From: Raja brachyura
Taxonomy: Eukaryota
Length of the DNA stretch: 64,000 bases
NCBI GenBank assembly: GCA_963514005.1
Contig: OY740789.1
Span: 49,476,001-49,540,000 of the forward strand
Direction of reading: 5' to 3'
Part shown: positions 13,021 through 25,544 of the stretch, in pieces
How the letters are laid out: the number at the start of each line of letters is the position of its first letter
How positions within the stretch are numbered: position 1 is the stretch's first letter
Notes under the pieces: model-generated
What the model saw: the letters and a program-made list of their open reading frames with translations, nothing else
Database searches by the model: none
Told to the model about the DNA's origin: nothing
Translations under genes and position numbers: made by a program

Positions 13021-14699
13021 AACATTGTTCTGACTAGAGGGCACAGGGAAAGGGGGAGGGTTATGTAATTACCTTTAATGGTAATCTGTGGGGTAACCTT
13101 TTTACACAAAGGGCGGTGGGTGTGTGGAACAAGCTGCCGGAGGAGGTAGTGGAGGCATGTACTATCACAACATTTAAGAAACATTTAGACAAGTACATGG
13201 ATAGGATAGGTCAAAAGCAGGCAGGTGGGACTAGTGTAGATGGGGCATGTTGCTTGGCATGGGTAAGTTGGGCTGAAGGGCCTGTATGACTATGATTCCT
13301 CTGCCTGCACATGATCCATATCTCTCCATTCCTTCCATATCCATGCGCCTATACAAAATCGTCTTAAATATTCTTAATCTTTCATATATATAAGATGATT
13401 CTGTAATCTTAATTGAGGATCACTACCATATCTGCCCACAGCACCACCCCTGGTATCATGTTCCACCGCCCTCCGTGTAAAAGAGTTGCCCCGGGCATCT
13501 CTTTTAAATGTTGTTCCTCTCACTTTAAATCTATGGCCTCTAGTCAGAACAATAGAAATAGAGAATACAGGATTAAAACACAGAGATAAAGTAAGGTAGT
13601 GTGACAAAACAGTGCACAGAAATAAATATAAATAAACAGAGCAAGGAGTACAAGAAACAGGGACACAAAGATCGTGTGAGGGAGAGCATATCCTACAAAT
13701 TATCAAGAAGAAACTGTGACAGGTCCATTCATTTGGAAGAACTAGATGTATAACGTCTACCCATTAATAATCTTCTCTTATCCCCTTCAAATCCTCTTCC
13801 ATTGCAAAGCTTCACATCCTTATCGCCATTTCACTGCGCTATTTATTTCCCCACGGTGCCCTACAACTTACGAATCACGACATTGCCTTTATCTCATACA
13901 CTATACCGACGAGATTCTCATCGTTTTGGCACAGCAAAAAATAGAGGAAAAAATGTGATCTGTAATTGGCTGAAAAAGATAAATAATGAGCCTTTGTGAG
14001 TAAAGGAGAGGGGAGGAAAAAAATCACATTATGGTTTGCAAATACATTCAGAGTTTTCCTCTACACTCTACAGTACAGCAAGACGGTTTTAATACAGGTC
14101 AGTGGATGCAGCTCTCTAAACAATAGCCAGTGTGCTAATGGGACACAGTGTTACCTTGAGGAATATAATAAGGAAGAACAGAGCTGTCAATTGCCCGTAG
14201 CTTCAAGCAGAGGCTAACAAAGCAACTGCTCCATTGATAATGATGACATTTAATGGCGTTCAAGTTCTATTAATGTCTTTCACTTCTGGGGAGAACTTGC
14301 AGCATGCAAATGCTGTTCACGCACATCAGAATTCTACGTAGGGAAGAAATTCAAAGGAGACAAGGGAATGACAAACTTTTAAAGAAACAGGAGGTAAAAG
14401 AGGACCAGACGTGAAGGCATAAACAGAGTTAACTACTGGGAAACATCAAACTCATAATAACACATTTCTCATAAATTAATAAATGAAACTTACAGAAGTG
14501 ATTTAAATCAAGTCAATGCAGGATCTACATCAGCTAGAGTCTGAAGAAGGGTCTTGACCCATAACTCCACACAGGCACAACCCAAGGTCAGGATCGAACC
14601 CTGGTGTCTGGGGCTGTGCGGCAGTGGCTCTACTAGATGTGCCACTGTGCATCCCTGACCGACAGCAGCCAATTGCAACTTCTTGATAATCTGAGCTGA

Positions 14700-15290
14700 C
14701 CCTTTTGCTTCTAACCCTTCCCAGACTAACAGCATCTCTCTCCCCCAGGACCACCCTCCTCCAGACCCCTCCCTCTGCAAACACAATCTGGACTTGTGAC
14801 TTCCCTATCCTTCCTCTCCCCTCCTCCCCCTTGCCCCCTTCCTCCAACCTCATCGTTTAACCAGTTCCACAGTTCACCTCAGTCTGAAGAAGAGTTTTGA
14901 CGCAAAACGTTGCCTATTTCCATAGATACTGCCTCACCCGCTGAGTTTCTCCAGCATTTTTGTCTACCTTCGATTTTCCAGCATCTGCAGTTCCTTCTTA
15001 AACAACCACAATTTATCACACTGTATCCCTCTTGAGACCACACCTTCCCTAGCCCACCATTGGTCGACCAGGGCACCTCCCTGCCTGAGGTCATTTGTTG
15101 CCGGCCCGAATTTGTCATGTTTTTTTCTCACCTCCAGTTCTTCTCCCACCCACCCCCTATTTTCAGTCTGAACTAAAATGTCACCTATCCATTCTCCAGA
15201 GATGCTGCAGATACTGCAGAACATGCTCCAGATGTGTTCTCCAGAGATGCTGCCTGACCTACTGAGTTACTGCAGGACTTCATGTCCTGC
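14700..15290 (+). mobile_element. Penelope-like 3' fragments with decayed hammerhead cores
   Basis: agtctgaagaagagttttgacgcaaaacgttgcc at 14881 and repeated ccagagatgctgcc units. Confidence 0.7.
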
Positions 15291-15479
15291 TTTAGAATCA
15301 TTATTTGGATGAGCTCTTCAACCAAAGCTTTCCTGCAAGACTGACTTACTTGCATAATTTACTGAAAGAGTCATCTGAGCATCTAACCAGAGATGCTGCC
15401 TGGCCCGCCAAGTTACTCCAGCACTTTGTGTCTACCTTTGGTGTCTACCAGCATACACAGTTCTTTGTTTCTATTGATT

Positions 15480-15822
15480 AGAAACATAGAAACATAGAAA
15501 ATAGGTGCAGGAGGATGTGCAGGAGGAGGCCATTCGGCCCTTCGAGCCAGCACCGCCATTCATTGTGATCATGGCTGATCGTCCCCAATCAATAACCCGT
15601 GCCTGCCTTGATTCCAGAAGCCCCTAGAGCTCTATCTAACTCTCTCATAAATCCATCCAGTGATTTGGCCTCCACTGCCCTCTGTGGCAAGGAATTCCAA
15701 AAATTCACAATTCTCTGGGTGAAAAAGTTTTTTCTCACCTCAGTCTTAAATGGCCTCCCCTTTATTCTAAGACTGTGACGCCTGGTTCTGGACTCGCTCA
15801 ACATTGGCGAACATTTTTCCTG
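15480..15822 (-). mobile_element. CR1 LINE 3' end, (catagaaa)n tail subfamily
   Basis: ESRTRRHSLRIKGRPFKTEVRKNFFTQRIVNFWNSLP. Confidence 0.9.
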
Positions 15823-16074
15823 CCACTCAATTCCTTACCCCATGCATCCAAATCCTAGTATCTCAGACACCTCAGTATTTTGCAGCTTCAGGCAACAGAG
15901 GAAGCGTTTGTTAGTCTGTCACACCTCAATGAATTACTGCACCTCGCCAAGCACCCCAGATCATTTCTAAGCCAACATACCTCAGTTGAGAATTCCCACT
16001 GCAGCTCGGCTGCAGTTCCCAATCATGGAAAGTCTTGGAAGGAAGGGTGTTTAGCTATTGGTCAGTGTATGATC

Positions 16075-16660
16075 TAAGATCTAAGGCACTGGTCAGGCTG
16101 TATTTTGAGTATTGTGAGCAGTTTGGGCTCCATATGTGAGGTACGACGTGCTGGCATTGGAGAGGATCCAGATGATGTTTACGAGAATGATCCTTGGGAT
16201 GACTGCATTAACATGTGATGAGCATTTGACAGCATTGGGCCTGTTCTCGCTAGAGTTTAGAAGAATGAGGGGGGGGGACCCCATTAAAACTAACTGAATA
16301 GTGAAAGGCCTGGATTGAGTGGATGTGGAGAGGATGTTTCCACTAGAGGGAGAGTCTAGGGCCAGAGGGCACAGCCTCAGAATAAAAGGACATACCCTTA
16401 GAAAGGAGCTGAGGAGGAAATTCTTCAGTCAGATGGTGGTGAATTCATTGGGAATTCATTGCCTTAGACAGCTGTGGAGGACCAATCCTTGGATATTTTT
16501 AAAGCGGAGATTGACTGATTCTTGATTAGCAAGGGCGTCAAGGGTTATGGGGAGGAGGCAGGACATTGGTGCGGAGAGGGAAAGATAGATCAGCCATGAT
16601 TGAATGGCGGAGTAGACTTGATGGACCAAATGGCCTATTCTGTTACTTATGAACATGATA
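16075..16660 (+). mobile_element. CR1 LINE 3' fragment
   Basis: EYCEQFGL, ESRARGHSLRIKG motifs and 3' UTR. Confidence 0.85.
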
Positions 16661-17084
16661 AATACCAATGGTAAAATGTTACTTCATTTGCATTAAAAAC
16701 AATCTTTACATTCACAAGTGCGAGAGATATGTGCATTAATCTGTTAAAATAATGCTTGCAGATCTGGAGACTCACACTTTGAGACGGGCAGATGAGGTTT
16801 TGTCTAAAGTACGTTTATGGATAAGAGAGCCTGTGATGAAAGACTTTTACCTTTTTTATGGGAACAGAAACAACACAATTTCCATTGAAATCCCTTTACA
16901 TCAAATGCCTTTAAAGTCTGTAATACTATTAAGTGAAGCACATACCAATTCATGATTGCTCATGTAGATTTGATTAGTATTAGGTATTTTTTGATTTTTT
17001 TTTCCAGTGCTGTCCGTGTTTGTTTGGTTTGGACTATTACTGTAAAACACTTATTTCCTTTTAGATTTGGGGAAACTACTAAAT

Positions 17085-17852
17085 GAATCAGAAGAATCAG
17101 AATCACACTTTATTCGCCAAGTTTGTTTGCACATACGAGGAATTTCATTGGCCAGGTCAGTCATACAATTAAAAGCAACAGATCACTCAAATAAAACAAA
17201 TTTTAACATGAACATCCACCACAGTGACTCCTACACGTTCCTCACTGTGATGGAAGGCGAAATAAAGTTCAAGTCTCTTCCTTTTGTTCTTCCTCAGTCG
17301 TGGGCCTCGAGCCCCCGTTGACGGGATGATCTTGACTCCAGTAGCCGGTGGCATTCAGGCCTTCCTCGTCGAGGTGATCCGCTCCCGCATCGGGGGATGT
17401 CAGCACCCGGCGCCGAGCGATTGAACCTCGTGTCGGGGCTGGCCGAACCTTCCGCGATGTTGGAGCTTCCCGACTAGCCTCTCCTGACTGCGAGCTCTTG
17501 ATGTTAAAGTCCATGGTGGGAGCGATCCTAGGCAAGGGATCAGCTCCAATGTTAAGTCCGTGCCCCGCGCTGGGGCTCACGACAGTCCGAGGTGGCTTCC
17601 AGCCCCATCGTTGGTAGGCCGCAGAGGCCGGAGAATGTGATCCGAAAATTGATCACATCTTGAACAAAAGTTTCCCCTGATCCCCTCCCTCCTCCCCCCT
17701 CCCTCCTCCCCCCTCCCCCCACCCCCTTCCCCCCACTTAAAACAAACCGAAGAACATTAAAACAAACTTTTAAAAAACTAAAAAATAACAAAAAGAAAGA
17801 AAATACAAATAGACTGCCGGCAGGGCAGCCATCACCCCGGTGCCCCTGGTGG
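17085..17852 (-). mobile_element. GC-rich non-autonomous retroposon (copy A)
   Basis: Shares 5' block, hairpins and 3' block with 25545-26432 and 38911-39780; ends in (tgattc)n. Confidence 0.65.
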
Positions 17853-17936
17853 TCTCTATGCATTTCAACTGAAATAAAAATCTATGAGAAGTGGCAGAAG
17901 TATCTGAAAGAAAATCAGCGCTGTTTTCTACTGGAA

Positions 17937-18120
17937 GGACACAAGGTGCTGGAGTAACTCAGCAGGTTAGGCAGCATTTCTGGAGAACATGGATAGGTGC
18001 TATTTTGGGTCGAGAACTTTCCCATCCCTGTTATCCAGAGATGCTGCCCAACCTGCTGAGTTACACCAGCACTTTGTGTCATTTTATGTAAACCAGCATC
18101 TGCAGTTCCTTGTTTCTACT
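17937..18120. mobile_element. Fold-back mini-Penelope unit
   Basis: gacacaaggtgctggagtaactcagcagg...cctgctgagttacaccagcactttgtgtc inverted arms. Confidence 0.8.
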
Positions 18121-18509
18121 ATTTTCCACTTGGTCAGGGGTTATGGGGAGAAGGCAGAAGATTGGGGTTGAAAAGGAAAGAAAAATTGGCCATGATTAAA
18201 TGGCGAAGTAGACTTGATGGGCTGAATGGCCTAATTCTGCTACTGTAACTTATGAACGTGATATTGTAGAAAAAGATAACTTCCAATTAAATGACACTTT
18301 CCAAACCTCATGATATTTCAGAGTACTTTACAAACAATGGATTTCCCTTCAGGCGTAATCTCTTTTGTGATGTGGAATCAGGGCTAAATGGAAAATGCAA
18401 AATGGCTGAGTGGTTAGGTTGGATTGGAATTTCAGAGAGAGAAAAACAAAATTGACGTCGGCTTAAAGTTAACTGAATATAAATCTAGAAACTCAACAGC
18501 ATGAAGGCT

Positions 18510-18688
18510 AAACATAGAAAACATAGAATATAGGTGCAGGAGTAGGCCATTCGCCCCTTCAAGCCAGCACCGCCATTCAATATGATCATGGCTGATCATC
18601 CAAAAGCAGTTCCCCATCCCTGCATTTTGCCCCATATCCCTTGATTCCATTAGCCCTAAGAGCTAAATCTAACTCTCTCTTTAAAACA
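18510..18688 (-). mobile_element. CR1 LINE 3' end
   Basis: (catagaaa)n tail, taggtgcaggagtaggccattcg. Confidence 0.85.
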
Positions 18689-19803
18689 AGAGAGAGTTAA
18701 AGCCAATAACTTTGCTCTGAAAAAGGATCCTGACCTGAAATATCACCTATCCATGTTCTACGGAGATACTGCTTGACCCGCTGAGTTACTCCAGCACTTG
18801 CTGTCCTTTTATTGTAAACCAGCATCTGCAGTTCCTAGTACTACATTCTAAACTTTGGTGCAGCCTCTACACTGACTCAATCCATTCTCCAGCATTTTCC
18901 CAGACTTTCAGAATCGTACCAGCCTGCTGGAACATATACCGACATTTTAATTCCACATCACTCATCCACTTCCATGACAGCTAGCTTCTTTCAGCATTGA
19001 AAACCTGTCACAATTTTTGTCACCCCTAAACCTGCCAAATTTTATCACATTTTACCCAGAACTCACGGTAAGTTAATCTGCATTGTGCCCTGTTTGCCTG
19101 ATGTTTAGCTTAGTTTAGGGACGCAGCGTGGAAACACGCCTGTTGTCCCACTGATTCTACGCCAATCATCGATCATCCGTTCACACAATAGTTCTCTGGT
19201 CTTTGTTCTAACTATCTGCCTATTAAAACCCCCCTTTCACCTGTGTCCACCTATTACCTGCCATGCTTTGTCTCTCCTCACTTTCAGCTTTCTTTGCCCT
19301 CCCCACCCTCATTCAGTCTGAACAAGGGTTTCAACCCAAAATGTCATCTATCCATGTTCTCCACAGATGCTGCCCACTCCACCACTTTGTGTCCTTCAAA
19401 TGAATGTTTTGCTTGCAGCAGTATAACAGGTATGTAAACATAGTATTCAGTAGATTCCATAATAAACAACAACAAAGTTCTAAATAAATAAATAAATGCA
19501 ATATAGTGCATAAAACAAGCCCGAAGCCCCTAGTACAATCAAGGCAGTTCAAAGTTTATTTGGAGATACATTATAATTAGAAAATAAAGCATGAAAACAC
19601 AAAGAACAAAAGAATTTAAACAAGACATCAGAAAAAAATTATGGAGGGAAAAGGAGGTTTGCAATTATTTAATTTGTTTTGGAAAGAATGCAACTACTGC
19701 CCTCGGCAGTAGGGCCTTAATTAGCCACCAGACAAGAAACACATTGCAATTGGAAGCAATAACATGGGGAAGAGTGACATCACTCCTACAGAAATACTGC
19801 AAC

Positions 19804-20034
19804 TGTAGTGAGACCAGACAGCTTGAGCGAAAAGGTTTTTAATTTTAATCAAAAAGGAACAAAGAAAACCCCTGAAGTTCGCGAGTCTGACTGCACTAAC
19901 AATAAGTCAGTCGCTGGGAGGAGCGCTGACTAACTACTTGGCACACCCCAAAAGCCTGGGAAAACTAACAACCTGTGGTCACCGACCAATGAAGAGGGTT
20001 TTGCCCTCTCAACCCACCACTAGGTGCCGCTACA
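19804..20034 (-). repeat. 3' LTR
   Basis: Direct repeat of 23650-23895; preceded on minus strand by PPT ggggggatcc (20035-20045). Confidence 0.95.
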
Positions 20035-20279
20035 GGATCCCCCCCAGAACCCGAGGAGAGGAAACGAGCGGGCGTCCAAACAATCCGCTCAGATCGAGGG
20101 GAGACAGGAGGGACTGGCACAATCGGTGCCACGGGTGGAACAGGACAAACAGGCGGGAGAGAGGAAACAGGCGCAACAGGTGCAACCGGGGAACAGGGCG
20201 TGTCCGACGGATGACCCCTAGGCCGGGGTTGGGCCACCACCACCAGGCTGTCGATATCCAAATGAGCAGGCATGAGGCG

Positions 20280-22700
20280 GGCCACTGACACGATCTCCTC
20301 ACGACCCCCGACATCCAATACAAAAGTCGCGACCCCAGGCCGCAACACCCGGAAAGGCCCCTCATAAGGCCTCTGTGAACAAAGACAAAAGAGCAGTCCT
20401 CAAGCACCGGCAGAACATACACCGGGACGACCCCATGGCGGGAGGTGGGAATGGGAGCCAGGACCCCCACTTTCTCACGCAGTTGTGCCAGCACAGACGG
20501 GGCGGGCTCCGGCGACCCCCGAGCCACAGGAAGGAAATCCTCAGGCACCCGCAGCTGCGCACCACACACCAGCTCCGCGGATTATGTGTCGAAATCCGCC
20601 TTAGGAGCCGTGCGGATCCTCAGCGACACCCAAGGCAATTGGTCCACCCAATCCGGGCCAGTGAGGCGAGCCTTCAATGCCGATTACATATGTCTGTGGA
20701 ACCGTTCGACCAACCCGTTGGCCTGAGGGTGATACGCGGTGGTCTGATGCAGCTGCGCACCATACAGCTGAGCCATGGCCGACCACAAGGCGGAGGAGAA
20801 CTGGGCACCACGATCCAAAGCGGGCGCGCCTAAACGCGCCACCCTGTGGGCCGCGAGAGCCCGGGCACAATTCACAGTGGAGGTGTTGGACAGCAGAATA
20901 GCTTCAGGCCACCGTGTGAAATGATCCAATACCATGAGCAGGTGAGGCAAAGGACCCACCAGATCCACATGGATGTGCGCAAACCGATGAGAAGGAACCA
21001 CAAAATCCTGAAGCGGCGCATGAACATGCCGCTGGACCTTAGATGTCTGGCAAGGAATGCAGACCCTGGCCCACGCCGCAACCTGCTTCCGAATGCTATG
21101 CCACACAAACTTGGCCGTCACCAATGCAAAAGTTGCCCGGATAGAAGGATGAGCCAGTCCATGAATAGAGTCGAAACCTCTCCTCTGCCAAGCAACTGGA
21201 CCGACAGGTCGCCTCTGGCCGGTGGATGTATCGCACAGGGCGGTCACTCCTGCAGGATCGAACGGCACGTCGGCCAACACCAAACCCGATGCAGCAGTAC
21301 GATATCCTTGCATCTGGTCACCATCGCGCAGAGCAGCAGCGAGCGCAGCACAGTCCAACGCCCGGGTGACGGACGGCACAGCATGGACAGCAGGACAGGA
21401 CAACGCATCGGCCACTTGATTCAGCTTCCCATCCACGTGTTGAACATCAGTTGTAAACTCAGAAATGAAAGCCAGGTGCCGCTGCTGCCGAGCAGACCAG
21501 GGATCAGACACCTTTGCAACGGCAAATGTGAGAGGTTTGTGGTCCATAAATGCGGTAAATGTCCTGCCCCCCAGAAAATATTGTAAATGTCAGACCACCA
21601 ATTAAAGAGCAAATAGCTTGTGGTCGAACGCACTGTAATTGAGCTCAGGAGGCGTAGGTGCTTGCTGAAGAAAGCGAGCGTTTACCAACGACCACCGGTG
21701 AGCTATTCGATGACCCCACAGACAGCAGCTTCAGAAGCATCCACAGTAAGGTCGGTGGGGGCCAAGGCCCGCGGGTGCACCAGCAAAGTGGCCACAGCTA
21801 GCACCTCCTTGGCACCCTCGAAAGCGGCGTCAGACTCGGCGGGCCACACGAGATCCCGTGGCTTACCGGCCAGGCACAGGAACAAAGGCCATGGCATGAA
21901 ACGATGGTAAAAGTTCACCATTCCCACAAACTCCTCCAGACCCTTGACGGTAAAGGACCCAGGAAACCGTCAAATCGCCTCCACCTTGCAGGTAAGAGGC
22001 GTTGCGCCCTGTGGGGTAACGTGCTGCCCCAGGAAGGAGATGTAGCTGAGACTGAAATAGCACTTGGCTGTGTTAATGACCAAACCATGATCCCAGAGCC
22101 ACTGGAACAGCATGCGGAGATGCTAACAGTGTTCGCGATGAGAACGGCTGGTGACCCAAATGTCATCGAGGTAAATGAAAAGAAAGTTCAAACCACAAGC
22201 AACCATGTCCATCAGGCATTGAAAAGCCTACGCGACGCTTTTAAATCCAAAAGGCATCTGCATCCACTCAGGCAGGCCAAACGGAGTGATGATAGCAGTC
22301 TTGGGCACATCATTGGGGTGGACAGGAATCTGATGGTAGCCCCGCACCAGATCGACCTTTGAAAATATGGTAGCAGCATCCAGATGACCCGTGAAATCCG
22401 GCATATGCGGGACTGGGTAGCGATCGGCGGTCGTGAAGTTATTCAGGCGGCGATAATCCCCACACGGCCTCCATCCCACAGACGACTTAGGAACCATGTG
22501 AAATGGGGAAGCCCAAGGGCTGTCGGAACGCTGCACGATCCCCATGTCCTCCATGCCCTGGCCGTGAGGCCACAGGCTGGGGGGGGGAGGGGCCAGAGGA
22601 ACGAGGCGCTGGCCCCAGATGTCCACCATGAGGGAATAAGCCCACAGAAAAACGGCCCTGAGCAACGGCTGAGAGACGTCGGTGATGGTGAAAGGCCACG
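20280..22700 (-). pseudogene. pol: Gypsy pol (RT, RNase H, integrase), frameshifted and internally deleted
   Basis: [43 protein letters not shown] (~22162-22179), TVDAS, DHKPL, HGLAHP...CIPC, HVDLVGPLP, TTAYHPQANGLVERFHR. Confidence 0.92.
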
Positions 22701-22924
22701 AATAACGATGAGAATCCAGGACAAACGAAACAGTCTGAGTCCTGTAGGAGCGAATGGGGCTGCCATTAACGGTGGTCAGGGCAGGGCCATGCTCACAGGT
22801 ATCGAGGCCGAAGGTACGATGATGATCTCAGCCCCAGAGTCCAGAATGGCGATCCCTGACGTGGAGGCGATGTTTCTGGCCGACTGCAATAGCTTCTACT
22901 GGCAATCGTCCGAGGCATTTCCCT

Positions 22925-23602
22925 AAAACGAGCAGGGGGCGCGACATTGGCGGGCCTCCGCACCCCAGCGTTGGTGGTAATAACGACACTGGCGCTTACT
23001 GCAAACCACGGCGGTGGACTGCGAGCCAGCAAAGTCATCCTGAGGAGGAACGGCGCAGACACACGGCTGATGGAACCACCATCTTGCTGCTTGGAAAGCC
23101 ATAGCTCATCCGCCCGTTCAGCGAGCTGCAGGGTGTCGGTGAACTTGGACCCAGCGAGAAGCAGGCGAATGTTATCGGGCATTTGCTTCAAAAATGCCTG
23201 CACGAACAGCAGGCAAGGCTGATGCTCACCCATGAGCACTAACATCTCACTCACGAGAACCAACGGCTGATGATCACCCAGACCAACCATATGTAGCGGC
23301 CTAGCCACGCAATCGCGGCGGCTGAGCCCGAAGGTGCGTAGCAGCAACACCTTCAGGGCCTCGTACTTGCCAACAGCTGGCGGATTCTGCGGGAACGGCA
23401 GCAGCCGCAATGCCGTCTCTTGGGTGAGAGCACCCACCATGTAGAAGTAGCAGGTCACATCCATAACGACCTGGCGGCGCTCAAACTGGGCCTCGATGTG
23501 TGCGAACCACACATGAGGCTGCGCCGCCCAGAACATGGGCAGTTTAAGTGCGACCGCGTACTGCTGAGCGGGCGAGTCGTCAAAGTTCTTGTCGGCGTAC
23601 AT
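22925..23602 (-). pseudogene. gag: Gypsy gag (CsRn1 type)
   Basis: LKLPMFWAAQPHVWFAHIEAQF N-terminal motif; frameshifted CHCC-type knuckle YYHQRWGAEARQCRAPC at ~22930-22985. Confidence 0.88.
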
Positions 23603-23630
23603 GGCGAGAAGTAATCCCGAAAAACGTTCA

Positions 23631-23648
23631 GATCATCTGGGTCACAAA
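23631..23648 (-). other. Primer-binding site, tRNA-Trp-like (degenerate)
   Basis: Minus strand tttgtgacccagatgatc directly after the 5' LTR resembles TGGTGACCCCGACGTGAT. Confidence 0.65.
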
Positions 23649-23649
23649 A

Positions 23650-23895
23650 TGTATTGAGACCAGACAGGTTGAGCGAAAAGGTTTTTATTTTAAATGAAAA
23701 CGAACAAAGAAAACCCAGTGAAGTTCGTGAGTCTGACTGCACTAACAATAATAAGCTCCTGTCGCTGGGAGGAGCGCTGACTAACTACTTGACACACCCC
23801 AAAAGCCCGCGAAAACCAACACCTGCGGTCACATGACTGCACCGACCAATGAGGAGGGTTCTGCCCTCTCCACCCCACCACTAGGTGCTGCTACA
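23650..23895 (-). repeat. 5' LTR
   Basis: Direct repeat of 19804-20034 with several indels. Confidence 0.95.
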
Positions 23896-25057
23896 CAAAG
23901 ATGCGTTAATCCATTTCAGAAGGTTGGGGAAGCCAAATTATTGGATATTTTTAAGGCGGAGATTGATAGATTCTTGATTAATAAGGGTGTCAGGGATTAT
24001 GGGGCGAAGGCAGGAGAATGGGGTTGAGAGGGAAAGATAGATCCGCCATGATTGAATGGCAGAGTAGATTTGATGAGTTGAAAGGCCTAACTGCTCCTGT
24101 AACTTATGAATTTATGAACAATACTTTGCAATTTTAACCAGTAAATCTTGTTCATGTTAATATCTGTCATTTAAATGCAACACACATTATATTAGTTGCC
24201 CATTGTAAGTTAAGCCCAGGGATCTGTTTATCTAATTCTATTAAAGTTAAGGGAATTGAAGAAGAAACAGGACAAAATGTCATCTCACTTTTTATTTATA
24301 GTTTGGAAATGTTGATTCTGTAGCAGAATTAATCTGTATATTGATGAGGTGAAGACATTTCTTTCACTCCCGGGATAATTGTGGATATGTCTTAACATGT
24401 GCAAATTTACTGGACTGAGTCCAATAAATGTAATTACCTTCCTTCCTTCCATTATGCAGTAGTTGTGTCCTCACTAACAGCAATTTATGCAGAGTAAAAT
24501 TTGAAACAAATTGTAGATTTACAGTTCAGTTCATATCAGGGAAATAAAGATGTAAAACACTTTCAAGCCTTGGATTAGCAGACAAGTGCCCAGATAGGGT
24601 AACACTTGAGAACACTGGTGAGGCTAACACTGTATAGATTAACATGAAATTGATTTCAAAAATAAATATGAATTTTCCATGCTGTAAATCAAAAAACAGC
24701 AACTGTTAATAATACATGCTTCTGGCAGTCTGATGCTGAAACTAATAGTCACCTCTGACTCTAGTTTCTCAGAGGAAATTTACCACCATCAATGCATCTT
24801 TGAAACAGATTTAAACATGTTGGCTTGGATATTACAGCTGTAATGATGGCAAGCTGCTTGAGCCTGTCATTGTTGCACTATGAAAGTGACAGCAAGTTCT
24901 GGAGTACTTGTATGTATAACTAAACATAGACATCCAGAATTTGCCATCAGCAATACCTTGTGGATAGTGAAAGGCCTAGATAGAGTGAACGTGGAGAGAA
25001 TGTTTCCAGGAGATGAGGTGGAATTTATTTAGTCAGAGTTTGGTGAATTTGTGTAAA

Positions 25058-25424
25058 CGTAGAAACATAGAAAATAGGTGCAGGAGTAGGCCATTCGGCC
25101 CTTCGAGCCTGCACCACCATTCAATATAATCATGGCTGATCATCCAACTCAGTATCCCGTACCTGCCTTCTCTCCATACCCCCTGATCCCTCTAGCCACA
25201 AGGGCCACATCTAACTCCCTCTTAAATATAGCCAATGAACAGGCCTCAACTACCTTCTGTCGCAGAGAATTCGAGACTCACCACTCTCTGTGTGAAAAAT
25301 GTTTTTCTCATCTCAGTCTTAAAGGATTTCCCCCTTATCCTTAAACTGTGACCCCTTGTTCTGGGCTTCCCCAATATCGGGAACAATCTTCCTGCATCTA
25401 GCCTGTCCAACCCATTAAGAATAT
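25058..25424 (-). mobile_element. Young CR1 3' end nested in an older plus-strand CR1 (24960-25545, resuming 26433-26545)
   Basis: GLDRLDAGRLFPILGKPRTRGHSLRIRGKSFKTEMRKTFFTQRVV; near-identical to 45035-45182. Confidence 0.9.
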
Positions 25425-25544
25425 CCATAGTGTAGGCCAAGTCAATGGATATTTGCATGTGTGGAATCTGTGGAGGCCAAGTCAATGGATATTTTCAAGG
25501 CGGAGATTGACAGATTTGTGATTAGCATGGGCGTCACGGGTTAT

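Larger units (their letters stand above)
19804..23895 (-). mobile_element. Gypsy LTR retrotransposon, CsRn1 clade, decayed with both LTRs
   Basis: Two TGT...ACA LTRs; 4-bp TSD caac/caaa; tRNA-Trp-like PBS; G-rich PPT; gag, RT, RNase H, integrase in Gypsy order. Confidence 0.95.

Noticed and set aside
20375-22926. Long plus-strand ORFs (152-246 aa)
   Set aside because: Antisense shadows of the GC-rich Gypsy pol
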